This document shows, piece after piece, positions 18,305 to 27,917 of a stretch of 42,506 nucleotides of DNA. Within the stretch, counting starts at the first letter, position 1. Each line of letters opens with the position of its first letter. Source of the stretch: Nitrospirota bacterium (GTDB taxonomy: Bacteria; Nitrospirota; UBA9217). The position numbers were made by a program, and so were the translations under genes. The notes under the pieces were generated by a model, which made no database searches, had not been told where the DNA came from, and saw only the letters and a list, made by a program, of their open reading frames with translations. The stretch covers positions 1 to 42,506 of the forward strand of contig JAOUEV010000029.1 in the NCBI GenBank assembly GCA_029858565.1, read 5' to 3'.

Positions 18305-19138
18305 ATGCATCCCATTCTTTTTGAAATTCCCAGGATCGAGTTCGGCGCCTGGGCGCTCGGCCCCATTCCCATCAGGATGTACGGCCTGATGATCGGCATC
18401 GGGTTCCTGGTCAGCATCTTGCTGGCGTCGCGCAAGGCGAAAAAAGAAGGCATCGATCCCGACCGCATCATGGATATGGGCGTGTACCTCCTTCTTGCCG
18501 CGATCGTGGGATCACGGCTCCTTTATGTGCTGGTGAACCTGCAGGAGTTCCGTCAGAATCCCCTGGACGCCTTTGCCATCTGGAAGGGCGGGCTCGTGTT
18601 CTACGGCGGTTTGATCGGCGCCGTGGGAACCGGGCTCTGGTACGTGCGGCATCATAATCTGCCGATGTGGAAGACCGCGGATATCGTCGCGCCCTATATC
18701 GCGCTGGGGCACATGTTCGGCCGGTTCGGCTGCTTCTTTGCCGGCTGCTGCTATGGCGCGCCCTGTGCCAGCTCGGTCTGCATCACCTTTGCCGATCCCC
18801 GGTCCCTGGCTCCGCTGGGTGTGCCCGTCTATCCCACCCAGCTCTTCGAGGCAGGCGGCGAGTTCATGAACTTCATTCTGCTCCTGATGCTCTATCGGCA
18901 CAAGAAGTTCGATGGTCAGATCTTCTGGTTCTACCCTGCCTTGTACTCCATCCTCCGGTTCATGGTGGAGTTCTTCCGGGGCGATGCCGCCCGGGGCGTC
19001 TATTTCGGCGGCTACATCTCGACCTCCCAGATCATCTCGGTGCTTTCCTTCGGCATTTCCCTGTTCATGCTCTGGTGGCTCGGGAGGAAACAGGCCGAGA
19101 TCGGGGCGGCGAAGCCTCCTGACAAAAAGCGCGCCTGA
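18305..19138 (+). CDS. lgt: Prolipoprotein diacylglyceryl transferase
   Basis: MHPILF, IRMYG, GSRLLYV, WKGGLVFYGG, GRFGCFFAGCCYG, PTQLFE and RFMVEFFR. Confidence 0.96.
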   Translation: MHPILFEIPRIEFGAWALGPIPIRMYGLMIGIGFLVSILLASRKAKKEGIDPDRIMDMGVYLLLAAIVGSRLLYVLVNLQEFRQNPLDAFAIWKGGLVFYGGLIGAVGTGLWYVRHHNLPMWKTADIVAPYIALGHMFGRFGCFFAGCCYGAPCASSVCITFADPRSLAPLGVPVYPTQLFEAGGEFMNFILLLMLYRHKKFDGQIFWFYPALYSILRFMVEFFRGDAARGVYFGGYISTSQIISVLSFGISLFMLWWLGRKQAEIGAAKPPDKKRA

Positions 19139-19144
19139 TCCCGG

Positions 19145-19162
19145 CCCGGTCCCGGGACCGGG
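19145..19162. repeat. Perfect 18-bp palindrome
   Basis: CCCGGTCCCGGGACCGGG between lgt and rluD. Confidence 0.7.
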
Positions 19163-19187
19163 AGCGCTGAACGCTCTTCTCCGTGCC

Positions 19188-20183
19188 ATGCCTTATACAA
19201 CCTTCACTGTCACCGAAAGCCACCGCGGCAAGCGGCTGGACCTGTTCATCCAGCACCATGACGCGCATATATCGCGGAACCGCATCCAGGCGATGCTGGC
19301 CGATGGGCTTGCGCTGGTGAACGGGAAGCCCGAGAAGCCGGGCTACAAGGTAAAGCCCGGCGATGTGATCACCCTTGAGCTTCCCGAACGCATCATCCGC
19401 GAGGTCCTTCCCGAGAACATCCCGCTCCATGTTGTCTATGAGGACGACGCCATGGTGGTCCTGAACAAACCTGCCGGCCTGGTCGTGCATCCCGCTCCGG
19501 GGAACTACACCGGCACGCTCGTGAACGCCCTGCTGTTCCATTATGGGAGCCTTCCCGCTGCTCTGGGGTCCGGACCCGACGACGAAGAAGGGGAAGGAGG
19601 CAGGGAGCGGGCAGGGATCGTGCATCGTCTGGACAAGGATACATCGGGCATCATGGTCGTGGCGCGCACGCCGGAGGTGCTCAGGACGCTGTCGGCGCAG
19701 TTCAAGGCCCGGATCGTGCAGAAGAAATATCTTGCCCTGGTGGCGGGCGTGATCAAGAAGGGTTCCGGCACCATAGAGGCGGCCATCGGCAGGCATGTGA
19801 AGGAGCGGAAGAAGATCAGTGTGCATACCGCGTCCCCGCGCGAGGCGATCACCCTGTTCCGCGTGATGGAGAGATACCGGATAGCCACGCTGGTGGAAGT
19901 TGAGATCAAGACCGGCCGGACCCACCAGATCCGCGTGCACATGTCCCACCTGGGCCATCCGGTCCTTGGAGACCGCACCTACGGCAACGACCGGCTCTTG
20001 AAGATCGGCGATTTGATGATCGACCGGCAGATGCTCCACGCCGAATCCCTTTCCCTGCGCCACCCGATCTCCGGTCACCCCATGACCTTCAGCGCACCGC
20101 CTCCTGCTGACATGCAGGCGGTCATCAATGCGCTGCGCGTTATGTCCAGAGACCGGTCTCGATCCGGGAATGAGCAGGAATAA
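19188..20183 (+). CDS. rluD: RluA/RluD-family 23S rRNA pseudouridine synthase
   Basis: N-terminal S4 (KRLDLF...SRNRIQ), NKPAGLVVHP, GIVHRLDKDTSG, KTGRTHQIRVH and QMLHA. Confidence 0.93.
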   Translation: MPYTTFTVTESHRGKRLDLFIQHHDAHISRNRIQAMLADGLALVNGKPEKPGYKVKPGDVITLELPERIIREVLPENIPLHVVYEDDAMVVLNKPAGLVVHPAPGNYTGTLVNALLFHYGSLPAALGSGPDDEEGEGGRERAGIVHRLDKDTSGIMVVARTPEVLRTLSAQFKARIVQKKYLALVAGVIKKGSGTIEAAIGRHVKERKKISVHTASPREAITLFRVMERYRIATLVEVEIKTGRTHQIRVHMSHLGHPVLGDRTYGNDRLLKIGDLMIDRQMLHAESLSLRHPISGHPMTFSAPPPADMQAVINALRVMSRDRSRSGNEQE

Positions 20184-20430
20184 GCGAATAGCTAGGTGTT
20201 CGTGGTCGGCAACGATCTGTTAAAATTCCTTCAGATCCCCGGCGATGCCGGGCGGTTCACGCATGATTGAGCACTTTGACCCCGATGGTTGCAAAAGCAC
20301 TTAACTGCATATTCCTGTCGGCCCGACACTCCTGAGTTCAAAAAAACGCGTCATTACCTTGATTTTTTTCAACAGCATGTTATATTCTTACTGGTTAGGT
20401 GCATATGGATATTGATGAGGGGGAATTGGC

Positions 20431-21393
20431 ATGCGTACATGGGGGATGGTTCTTTTAGCGCTGGCACTGATCGCCGGTCCGGCATACGCTCAGGAGGGTG
20501 ATGAGAGCGCGAACATCGATATTCGAAGCACCCTGGTGGGGACCCGGGTCTATCTGGCAGATACTTATGTGGGTGACGCGGACCTGTTCCTGGACAACGT
20601 TCCTCCCGGAGACCACATGATCATCATGCGGCAGGGCAGCCAGCGGATCAACGGCCAGTTCAGCGTGAAGGCCGGCGAAACGCTCATGCTGGAGGGCCGG
20701 TTTGAAGAAAACCGTATCGTGGACCTCAAGAAGGTCGCGCGCGAGGACGCGATGAAGCGGGCCGAAGCAGAGCGGAAGGCAGAGGAGGAGCGGAAGGCAG
20801 AGGCGGAAAAGAAGAAGGAGCAGGCCGCTGCCGTGCCGGAAAAGAAGAAGCCTGAGCCGAAAAAGCCAACAGCAGCTGCTGTAAAACCGGCAAAGAACGC
20901 CGCTGATGAGCGCCGCGACCAGTATCTAACGCTCATTCGCGTGGATTTCAATGAAAGCGGAAGCACAGATGTGAAGATCGTGGCGAGGGCGAACGCGAAG
21001 TCAACGACGAACTTCACCGATAACCAGTCCACCTCGGGCAAACTTGTCCGTTCGAAGCAGAACTACACGCTCTGTGACGGCGCCGAATGTTTCCGCGATT
21101 GGACCGGCAGGTTCTTCTACATCGATGACACCGGAAAACGCGACGCTTTTTTGATCCGGTGGCGTGAAACGATTTTCAGCGGCATCACGCCGCAGGGGAC
21201 CAGCAAGAAGGACATGGACCTTTGCCTGAACGGAGACTGCAAGCAAATCACATACAGCCCGGAAGGCAGCGGCACAATTCAGACACCGATCGACCGCTAT
21301 GTCCTGATATGGGCCAAGGGCAATTTCACCATCCGCCGCGCAGACCTGCTGAAGGAGATAACCGATGCAGGCGGCAAAGTGCCGGAGTTCTGA
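20431..21393 (+). CDS. Exported PEGA-domain protein with charged linker and Cys-paired C-terminal domain
   Basis: Signal peptide (AYA), PEGA-like GTRVYLADTYVG...VPPGDH, an E/K/A-rich stretch, and the Cys pairs CDGAEC and CLNGDC. Confidence 0.7.
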   Translation: MRTWGMVLLALALIAGPAYAQEGDESANIDIRSTLVGTRVYLADTYVGDADLFLDNVPPGDHMIIMRQGSQRINGQFSVKAGETLMLEGRFEENRIVDLKKVAREDAMKRAEAERKAEEERKAEAEKKKEQAAAVPEKKKPEPKKPTAAAVKPAKNAADERRDQYLTLIRVDFNESGSTDVKIVARANAKSTTNFTDNQSTSGKLVRSKQNYTLCDGAECFRDWTGRFFYIDDTGKRDAFLIRWRETIFSGITPQGTSKKDMDLCLNGDCKQITYSPEGSGTIQTPIDRYVLIWAKGNFTIRRADLLKEITDAGGKVPEF

Positions 21394-21417
21394 TCAACAA
21401 TACAAGTCATCGTCTGC

Positions 21418-21447
21418 AACGGCCGGTACCCTGTCCCGGCCGTTTTT
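21418..21447 (+). terminator. Rho-independent terminator
   Basis: AACGGCCGG...CCGGCCGTT followed by a T-run, after the PEGA gene. Confidence 0.65.
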
Positions 21448-21684
21448 CTATTTATACTGTGCAAAGAAAGGCAGGTCAACTCACCGAATATCTTCTGGAA
21501 GATGATTATGATGCAGACAGATCGTTGCACAGCGGTTGCATGCTGACATTCCAATATTTCATGCTAAGCGACTATTCCGCATTTCACCGGTTCAGGAAGA
21601 TTGACCTGCAGGACGAGCGGAGATTGCGGGGACCTGACCTTCTCGGGAACAAAACGGTAATACGATAGGGCAGCGCGATCATTC

Positions 21685-21715
21685 AGGAGAGGCTATCGCG
21701 CCGCTCCTTTTTTTT
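21685..21715 (+). terminator. Rho-independent terminator on + strand with no annotated gene directly upstream
   Basis: AGGAGAGGC-tatcgc-GCCGCTCCT followed by a T8 run. Confidence 0.6.
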
Positions 21716-21746
21716 GTCGCCGCAAGAAAAGCCGCCCGGTGAAGCG

Positions 21747-22793
21747 CTATTTCGGGGCAGCCTGCTGCCGGGCCCTGAGCTGGCCGCAGGCCGCGCTGAT
21801 GTCCCTGCCGCGGCTCCGGCGGACGACAACGATGATCTTGTTCCGGACCAGGACGTCGCGGAAGACCGCGACGCTCTCGGCATCGGGGCGGTCAAAGGGA
21901 GCGCCGGGGAAGGGATTGAACAGCAGCAGATTGACCATGGAGGGAAGGTCCTTGAGGAGCCTGATCAGCCGGTGCGCGTCTTCAAGCGAATCGTTCACGC
22001 CTTTGAACAGGACATATTCGATGGTCACGGTCCTTCCGCTTTTGGCCGCATAGTAACGAAGGGACCCTATAAGCTGTTCGATCGGGTAGACCTTGTTCAC
22101 CGGCATGATCCTGTCCCGCACTTCATCGGTCGTGGCGTTGAGGGATACCGCGAGGCTCGCGGGGACATCATCGTCGGCCAGCCGCTCGATCATGGGCGCG
22201 AGGCCGCAGGTGGAGATGGTGACCCGTTTTGTGGAAAAGGCAAGGCCGCTATGGTCCGTCGCGGTTGTAATGAAGCGGCGGACCCTGTCGTAATTGCTCA
22301 GGGGCTCGCCGGTGCCCATCAGCACGAGATTGCTGATCCGGTCCGGCCCCGCGAGCGCGGTCGCGGCAAAGACCTGATTGACGATCTCCGCGTGAGACAG
22401 GTTGCGCACGAGACCAGCCCCGCCGGTAAGACAGAACAGGCAGCCGGAAGCGCAGCCGACCTGCGTTGATATGCAGAGGGTCAGCCGGTCCCTGCCCGGA
22501 ATGAGCACGCCTTCCACTGCGTTCCCGTCATGCAGCCGGTAGAGGAGCTTTCGTGTGCCATCGGAGGATTCTTCGATCCGCTCGACAACGATGCGGGAGA
22601 TCGTGCAACTCGGCGTCAGGACCTCCCGGATGCGGCGGGAAAGGCTGGTCATGGAGCCCAGGTCCTCGATCCTATGACGATAGAGCAGGGCAGCCGTGCG
22701 GCTGCCGGCGCCTGGGCGAAGACCGAGCGTGAGGGAACAATACTGCTCGATCTCAGCGGGGGTCAGGTCTTTGAGGTCCGCGGGAGGGGGCAA
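21747..22793 (-). CDS. rlmN: Dual-specificity RNA methyltransferase RlmN (radical SAM)
   Basis: DGTRKLL, CISTQVGCASGCLFC, MGTGEPL, TISTCG, SLNA and DISAACGQL. Confidence 0.9.
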   Translation of the reverse strand: MPPPADLKDLTPAEIEQYCSLTLGLRPGAGSRTAALLYRHRIEDLGSMTSLSRRIREVLTPSCTISRIVVERIEESSDGTRKLLYRLHDGNAVEGVLIPGRDRLTLCISTQVGCASGCLFCLTGGAGLVRNLSHAEIVNQVFAATALAGPDRISNLVLMGTGEPLSNYDRVRRFITTATDHSGLAFSTKRVTISTCGLAPMIERLADDDVPASLAVSLNATTDEVRDRIMPVNKVYPIEQLIGSLRYYAAKSGRTVTIEYVLFKGVNDSLEDAHRLIRLLKDLPSMVNLLLFNPFPGAPFDRPDAESVAVFRDVLVRNKIIVVVRRSRGRDISAACGQLRARQQAAPK

Positions 22794-22810
22794 CGAAAGG
22801 TCAGCTCCCT

Positions 22811-23296
22811 TTACGAAAGGGCTTTCTTCATCTTGTTCAGATGGTCAAGGTGCTTTGTTTCCTGGGACATCATGTCTTCGAAGATCACTTTCGCTTCACG
22901 GTCAGCAGCTCGCGCTGCCAGGCCCTTGTACAGGTTGTAGGCTTTTGCCTCTATCCCCAGGGCGATGGTCAAGGCGTCCTTTTCATCGCGAACGACATGG
23001 GTCTCGATCTTCTTCTCCAGGTCCTTCACCGGAATGCCGCTCTCGGAAACCGTCGCGGGGACGGAAGCGCTGAACGTCTCGAATTCCAGCAGTTCCCGGT
23101 CATCGAGGATGGACTGGTAAAGGGACTGGATATAGGCCATGTGTTGTGTTTCCCAGCGGGTCAATTCCTCAAAGGTCTTTTTTGCCTCGGCAGAGGTCGA
23201 TTTTGCCGCTGCCTGCGAGTAGAAATCCCGCGTGCCTTTCTCCATGATGAATGCCTCAACAAGCGCCTGCAAAAGGTCCTCTTTTCCCGTGATCAT
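22811..23296 (-). CDS. Ferritin-like/rubrerythrin-family diiron protein
   Basis: Duplicated E...FY...ExxH pattern (MEKGTRDFY...WETQH; IEAKAYNLY...QETKH). Confidence 0.88.
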   Translation of the reverse strand: MITGKEDLLQALVEAFIMEKGTRDFYSQAAAKSTSAEAKKTFEELTRWETQHMAYIQSLYQSILDDRELLEFETFSASVPATVSESGIPVKDLEKKIETHVVRDEKDALTIALGIEAKAYNLYKGLAARAADREAKVIFEDMMSQETKHLDHLNKMKKALS

Positions 23297-23411
23297 CGGT
23301 CCGCTCCTTTCCCGTCATCAGATGGTTCACCACATACTCTACCATAGGAACCGGTGTTTGTCATTTCACTTTTCACCGTGCGCCATGCGGTGAAAAGGAG
23401 TATGATGGGCC

Positions 23412-23897
23412 ATGCTTGCAGTTGTCCAGCGGGTTTCCCGGGCCGCGGTCATTATCGACGGCAGGACCGTGGGCTCCATTGACAAGGGGCTCCTGGTCCT
23501 GGTATGCGCGGTCAAGGGCGACGGGGAAAAGGACGTGGAGTATCTTGCGAAGAAGATCTCCCAGCTGAGGATCTTCGAGGATGAGAGCGGGAAGATGAAC
23601 CGCTCGGTGTCCGAGGCAGGGGGCAAGCTCCTGGTCGTTTCCCAGTTCACCCTTGCCGCCCAGACGCGCAAGGGGAACCGGCCGTCCTTTGACAACGCCG
23701 AGGCTCCCGGCCGCGCCCAAGAGCTCTACGAGGCCTTTGTCGGACGTCTTCGGGCAACAGGGATACCCGTCGAGACCGGCATCTTCGCGGCCATGATGAG
23801 CCTGTCGCTTGTCAATGAAGGTCCGGTGACGGTGCCGGTCGATTCACGCGACGCGTCCTGTTCCGCCGGCGCTGCCTGGGGCATGCCTGGGGCATAA
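23412..23897 (+). CDS. dtd: D-aminoacyl-tRNA deacylase
   Basis: AVVQRV, LRIFED, SQFTL, KGNRPSF and NEGPVT. Confidence 0.96.
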   Translation: MLAVVQRVSRAAVIIDGRTVGSIDKGLLVLVCAVKGDGEKDVEYLAKKISQLRIFEDESGKMNRSVSEAGGKLLVVSQFTLAAQTRKGNRPSFDNAEAPGRAQELYEAFVGRLRATGIPVETGIFAAMMSLSLVNEGPVTVPVDSRDASCSAGAAWGMPGA

Positions 23898-23990
23898 GGC
23901 TTGACAGTTCACCCACGTTTTGCTACAAATGTAGCATTCTTTCGTTGACCGCACACTGCCAACTCTATGTTGTTCCCGGGGGAGGACTTA

Positions 23991-25364
23991 ATGCTGAAAT
24001 TTCGCTGGATAGTTCCGATTCTTGCACTCGCCGCGACCGTGGCCGGCTGCTGTACCCTTCCAACGCCTCCGCTTCCCGTGGATTATTCCAATCCGCTCAA
24101 ACGCGTCGCGATCCTCCCCATGAAGAACGATACGGATGATGTTGACGGGCCTTCGGTCCTTCGCGAAAAGATGGCCAAAGCGCTGGTCCACCGCTCCTAT
24201 GCAGTGCAGGACCTGAAGGAAACGGAACAGACGCTGCGGGACCGCATGGGGATCAATCTGGGCGGACAACTCGACATGACCACCGCGCAGAAGCTCGGCG
24301 AAACGCTGGGCGTCGAAGGTGTGCTGTACGGGACCCTCATGGACTTTGACGAGACCACGACCGGCGTGCTGAACGTGAAAAAGGTTCGCGCCAAGTTCAA
24401 GCTCGTGAACACCGGAACAGGTCAGGTTTTCTGGCAGCGCGGCCTCGGCGTGAGGAGCGAGGTCAAAATGGCCGGTCTGGGCGCTGCCCTGGCAACGGCC
24501 GCATCCCGAGCGGCCGACAAGGATAAGGAAGCGCCCTGGGTCATTCTCGATACCACGACGCAGAACCAGGATTTCAGGACCTCGCTGGCAATGGGATTGG
24601 GGACCAAACTGCTTTCCAAGGCAATGGGAAAACACCTTGACCACGAATCAGAGGAGCTTGCCCGCAGGGTGACCGGCGATCTTCCCTGGGGCCCGGGCAC
24701 CGGTCCGGCGCCCGCGCCTGCGCCGGCGATCAAGATCGCCATGCCGGAGATCAAGGCTCCGCCGTCATTCGGCTACATGGACTGGGAAGGAAAGCGGGAC
24801 CTGATGGCGAAGGTCGTCTCTACCAGCGTGGACAAGAGCCGCAACAGCACCTATGTGTTCGAATCCCAGCTCGGTCTCGCGGGAAACAAGATGCGCATGG
24901 ATATGGATATGAGCAAGATGATGAACGATGAGACCGGCCAGTCCCCCATGAGCAAAATGACCATGCTGAACCGGGGCGATAAAAAGACCGGCTACACGCT
25001 CTATCCTAATGCAAAGAAATACATCGTTCACACCGAAGCAGAGGAACAGGGCGAGAAGCCGAATGTGGAGAAGGTCAAGGTGGGGACCGAGACCGTGAAC
25101 GGCTATCTATGCGATAAATACAAGGTAAAGATCACCTACAAGGACGGTAAGTCCGAAGAGGGATTCATCTGGAATGCGTTGAAGCTTAATGGGTTGACCG
25201 TCCGGAGCGAAGTGGAGAACAAGGATTTCAAGATAACCACGGACCTCAAGAGCGTCATACTCAAGGCGCCCCCGGCTTCGGCCTTTGAGATCCCCTCTGC
25301 ATACACCGAGGCCAAGGATTTCATGGAGATCATGATGTCCGGCCAGCAGGGGCAAATGAGATAG
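23991..25364 (+). CDS. Lipoprotein: GNA1162/DUF799-like domain fused to a DUF4412-like (LolA-fold-like) domain
   Basis: GGAGG SD, lipobox VAGC, KRVAILP...LGVEGVLYG, a Pro/Ala linker, and GTETVNGYLCDKY...SAFEIPSAY. Confidence 0.72.
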   Translation: MLKFRWIVPILALAATVAGCCTLPTPPLPVDYSNPLKRVAILPMKNDTDDVDGPSVLREKMAKALVHRSYAVQDLKETEQTLRDRMGINLGGQLDMTTAQKLGETLGVEGVLYGTLMDFDETTTGVLNVKKVRAKFKLVNTGTGQVFWQRGLGVRSEVKMAGLGAALATAASRAADKDKEAPWVILDTTTQNQDFRTSLAMGLGTKLLSKAMGKHLDHESEELARRVTGDLPWGPGTGPAPAPAPAIKIAMPEIKAPPSFGYMDWEGKRDLMAKVVSTSVDKSRNSTYVFESQLGLAGNKMRMDMDMSKMMNDETGQSPMSKMTMLNRGDKKTGYTLYPNAKKYIVHTEAEEQGEKPNVEKVKVGTETVNGYLCDKYKVKITYKDGKSEEGFIWNALKLNGLTVRSEVENKDFKITTDLKSVILKAPPASAFEIPSAYTEAKDFMEIMMSGQQGQMR

Positions 25365-25423
25365 CCGAAAATACTTCCCTAATAGGATCAAAAAAGCTCG
25401 TATAGCGGGCAAGGAGGAATAAT

Positions 25424-26389
25424 ATGAGAGCATTGATTCGGTTGTTGCTGGTGGCGGTGATGGTTGGCGGTCTGATCTGGACAGCGGGGTGCGCTCCCAC
25501 GATCTCCGGTGCGACCAAGGATGATACCACGGTAACGGGGACGTCCAAGGAATTGGCCAAGACAACGTCTGATGTTGAGGAGTATCTGGGACCCAAGCTC
25601 CGGGTCGGGGTTGTGAACTTCCAGAACAAGACCCCTTCGAAGGTCCTTGGCATCGGCGAGGCTGCTGCAGACATCCTGGGCACGATCCTGCAGAAGTCCG
25701 GCAGGTTCATTGTGATCCCGCAGCAGGATATGGAGTCGATCGCCCACCAGCAGGCGCTGGGCGCGAGCGGCATGATCAACCCGGATACGGCGGCAAAAAT
25801 GGGCGAGGTCCTGGGCCTGAACGCAATTGTCACCGGCGCGGTGACGGCTTACTCTGAAGCGGAAGAAGGCCAGGACATGCTGGTGTACAAGTCCAAGAAG
25901 CAGATCGCCCGTGTGACCGTGGATTATCGTCTTGTGGACACCACGACGGGCGTTCAGATCATGGCTGATTCGGGCGCCGGCATCTACGAGAAGTCGGTCG
26001 GCCGCGTCCTGGGCATGGGCGGCAAGGCAAGTTATGATTCGGACCTTCGGGACGGCGCTTTGCGCGACGCGCTGACCAAGGCCATGGTGAACATGCAAAA
26101 ACAGCTTGCCAAGCGGAAGTGGCAGGGAAGGATCGCCTCAGCCAAGGGCAGCCAGGTCTATATCAACGCAGGCCAGAAGTCGGGCATCCAGGTGGGCGAC
26201 AAAATGATGGTCTATCGTCCCGGCGATCCGATCATCGATCCCGTGACGCGGGTCAAGATCGGTATGGAAGAGACCTTCATCGGCGAGGTGACGATCCTTC
26301 AGAACGATCTCGGCGACAGCGGGGACCTCTCCCTGGCGCGCGGCGGCGGTCAGTTCAAGACCGGCGATATCGTGAAGCTGGCGAAGTAA
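25424..26389 (+). CDS. CsgG/HfaB-family lipoprotein with FlgT-C-like domain
   Basis: Lipobox TAGC, LRVGVVNF, SGRFIVI, AAKMGEVLGLNAIVTGAVT, VDYRLVDTTTG, VYINAG and PIIDPVT. Confidence 0.8.
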   Translation: MRALIRLLLVAVMVGGLIWTAGCAPTISGATKDDTTVTGTSKELAKTTSDVEEYLGPKLRVGVVNFQNKTPSKVLGIGEAAADILGTILQKSGRFIVIPQQDMESIAHQQALGASGMINPDTAAKMGEVLGLNAIVTGAVTAYSEAEEGQDMLVYKSKKQIARVTVDYRLVDTTTGVQIMADSGAGIYEKSVGRVLGMGGKASYDSDLRDGALRDALTKAMVNMQKQLAKRKWQGRIASAKGSQVYINAGQKSGIQVGDKMMVYRPGDPIIDPVTRVKIGMEETFIGEVTILQNDLGDSGDLSLARGGGQFKTGDIVKLAK

Positions 26390-26411
26390 GCCGATCAGAT
26401 GGGATGATCCG

Positions 26412-26451
26412 CGACCCCTTCAGGTGAACGGCCTGAAGGGGTCGTTTTTTT
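26412..26451 (+). terminator. Rho-independent terminator
   Basis: 13-bp stem CGACCCCTTCAGG/CCTGAAGGGGTCG followed by T7. Confidence 0.9.
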
Positions 26452-26476
26452 GCTGCCGACGGAAGGGGTGGATGAT

Positions 26477-27358
26477 ATGGTGACAAAAGGGGGCACATTG
26501 AAACGCGCGTTCCTGCTCCTCTTGATATCATTTGTCTTCATGATTCTCCTCCTGCTGACAGGCTGCGGTTCCGTCTTCTTTTTCCCTTCGCGGGAAATGA
26601 GCAATAATCCCTTTATTCATCAGTTCGACCACCAGGACGTCTATTTTACGACCGATGACGGATCGATCCTGCATGGCTGGTTTTTCAAGGCCAGGGAACC
26701 TGTGGGCAGCATCCTCATTCTGCACGGCAACGCCGAGAATATCAGCACTCACGTTAACGGAGTCCTCTGGTTTGTTGCGAACGGTTTCAATGTCTTTATA
26801 TTCGATTATCGCGGATATGGCCGATCCGAAGGGGTTCCGACGCTGGGTGGGATACAGCGTGACGCCGAGGCCGCGTTTCGGAGATTGCTCACGCTGCCGA
26901 CGGTCGACCCGGACCGGACCATTCTGTTCGGCCAAAGCCTCGGAGGCACTGTTGCGGTCAATCTCGTCGCCGCCACGCCGGCAAAGGAGCACATTAAAGC
27001 GCTGGTGATCGACAGCGCTTTTGCGAGCCACCGCATCATTGCACGCGAAAAGATCTCACACTTTTGCATTTGGCCTTTTCCTGATCTCCTGTCCCCGTTC
27101 TTCAGCAGTCGATTCAGTCCAATGAAAAGAATTGCCGATGTGTCGCCGGTCCCGGTCCTGATCCTGCAGGGCCTGCATGACACCATTGTCCCGCCTGACC
27201 ACAGTGAGCTGCTCTTTGCCGCAGCTCACCAGCCGAAAGAATTGTGGCTTACCACAGAGGCGGGGCATATCAGATCGACCGCTGCCCCTGCTGTTCGGGA
27301 ACGATTGAAGGTCTGGTTACTGGAACAACTTGCCGCGTCAGGAAAGAAGCTGCAATAA
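26477..27358 (+). CDS. Alpha/beta-hydrolase lipoprotein
   Basis: Lipobox LTGC, LHGNAEN, FDYRGYGRSEG, nucleophile GQSLG, D in HDTIVP and H in AGH. Start is 26477 or TTG26498. Confidence 0.88.
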   Translation: MVTKGGTLKRAFLLLLISFVFMILLLLTGCGSVFFFPSREMSNNPFIHQFDHQDVYFTTDDGSILHGWFFKAREPVGSILILHGNAENISTHVNGVLWFVANGFNVFIFDYRGYGRSEGVPTLGGIQRDAEAAFRRLLTLPTVDPDRTILFGQSLGGTVAVNLVAATPAKEHIKALVIDSAFASHRIIAREKISHFCIWPFPDLLSPFFSSRFSPMKRIADVSPVPVLILQGLHDTIVPPDHSELLFAAAHQPKELWLTTEAGHIRSTAAPAVRERLKVWLLEQLAASGKKLQ

Positions 27359-27449
27359 AATGAGCATGTTAGTGGGCAGGTGGTTGACAAAGGAATGATG
27401 CCGTGATTTACTTCAACGTGTACCCAAATTCGCTCGAAGGAGGCAATCC

Positions 27450-27911
27450 ATGAGAAAGATGTTGATGCTCGTAGTAGTATTGGTCCTGTCCCTCACGTTG
27501 ACCAGCAGTGCGTTCGCTTATGGTTCGGCAGGCTGTGGACTCGGCGGTATCGTCATCGGCAACGATCCGGGTTGGAAGCAGCTTGTGGCAACCTTTCTGA
27601 ACGGTGCGATCTTTTCCAATCAGGTCTTCGGTATCACAACGGGCACGCTGGGCTGCGGCAAGCCGATCTGGGCTTCGAACAACGACCGGTTGAATCAGTT
27701 CGTGGTAGCGAACATGGACAACCTCGCCAAGGACATCGCCATGGGCAAGGGCGAGACCCTTGATGCTTTTGCCGAACTGATGGAGGTCCCGACGGCCGAA
27801 CGCGCAGCACTCTATGCAAAGTTTCAGGCGAATTTCGCAACGATATTCCCCTCCGAGAATGTTGTCCTCGCGGACGTCGTGGACAATATCGTAATTGTGG
27901 CAAATAACTAG
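27450..27911 (+). CDS. DUF3015-family exported protein
   Basis: GGAGG SD, signal peptide AFA, AGCGLG, NQVFGITTGTLGC and NMDNLAKDIAMGKGETL. Confidence 0.85.
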   Translation: MRKMLMLVVVLVLSLTLTSSAFAYGSAGCGLGGIVIGNDPGWKQLVATFLNGAIFSNQVFGITTGTLGCGKPIWASNNDRLNQFVVANMDNLAKDIAMGKGETLDAFAELMEVPTAERAALYAKFQANFATIFPSENVVLADVVDNIVIVANN

Positions 27912-27917
27912 GAGCTT

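Noticed and set aside
20363-20382. TTTTTCAACAGCATGTTA as an IS end resembling the 5750-5897 element
   Set aside because: No partner end was found, and it is better explained as the spacer of a TTGATT/TATATT promoter for the PEGA gene.
21525-21540. Sigma54 promoter (TTGCAC-N5-TTGCA)
   Set aside because: The invariant -24 GG is replaced by TG.
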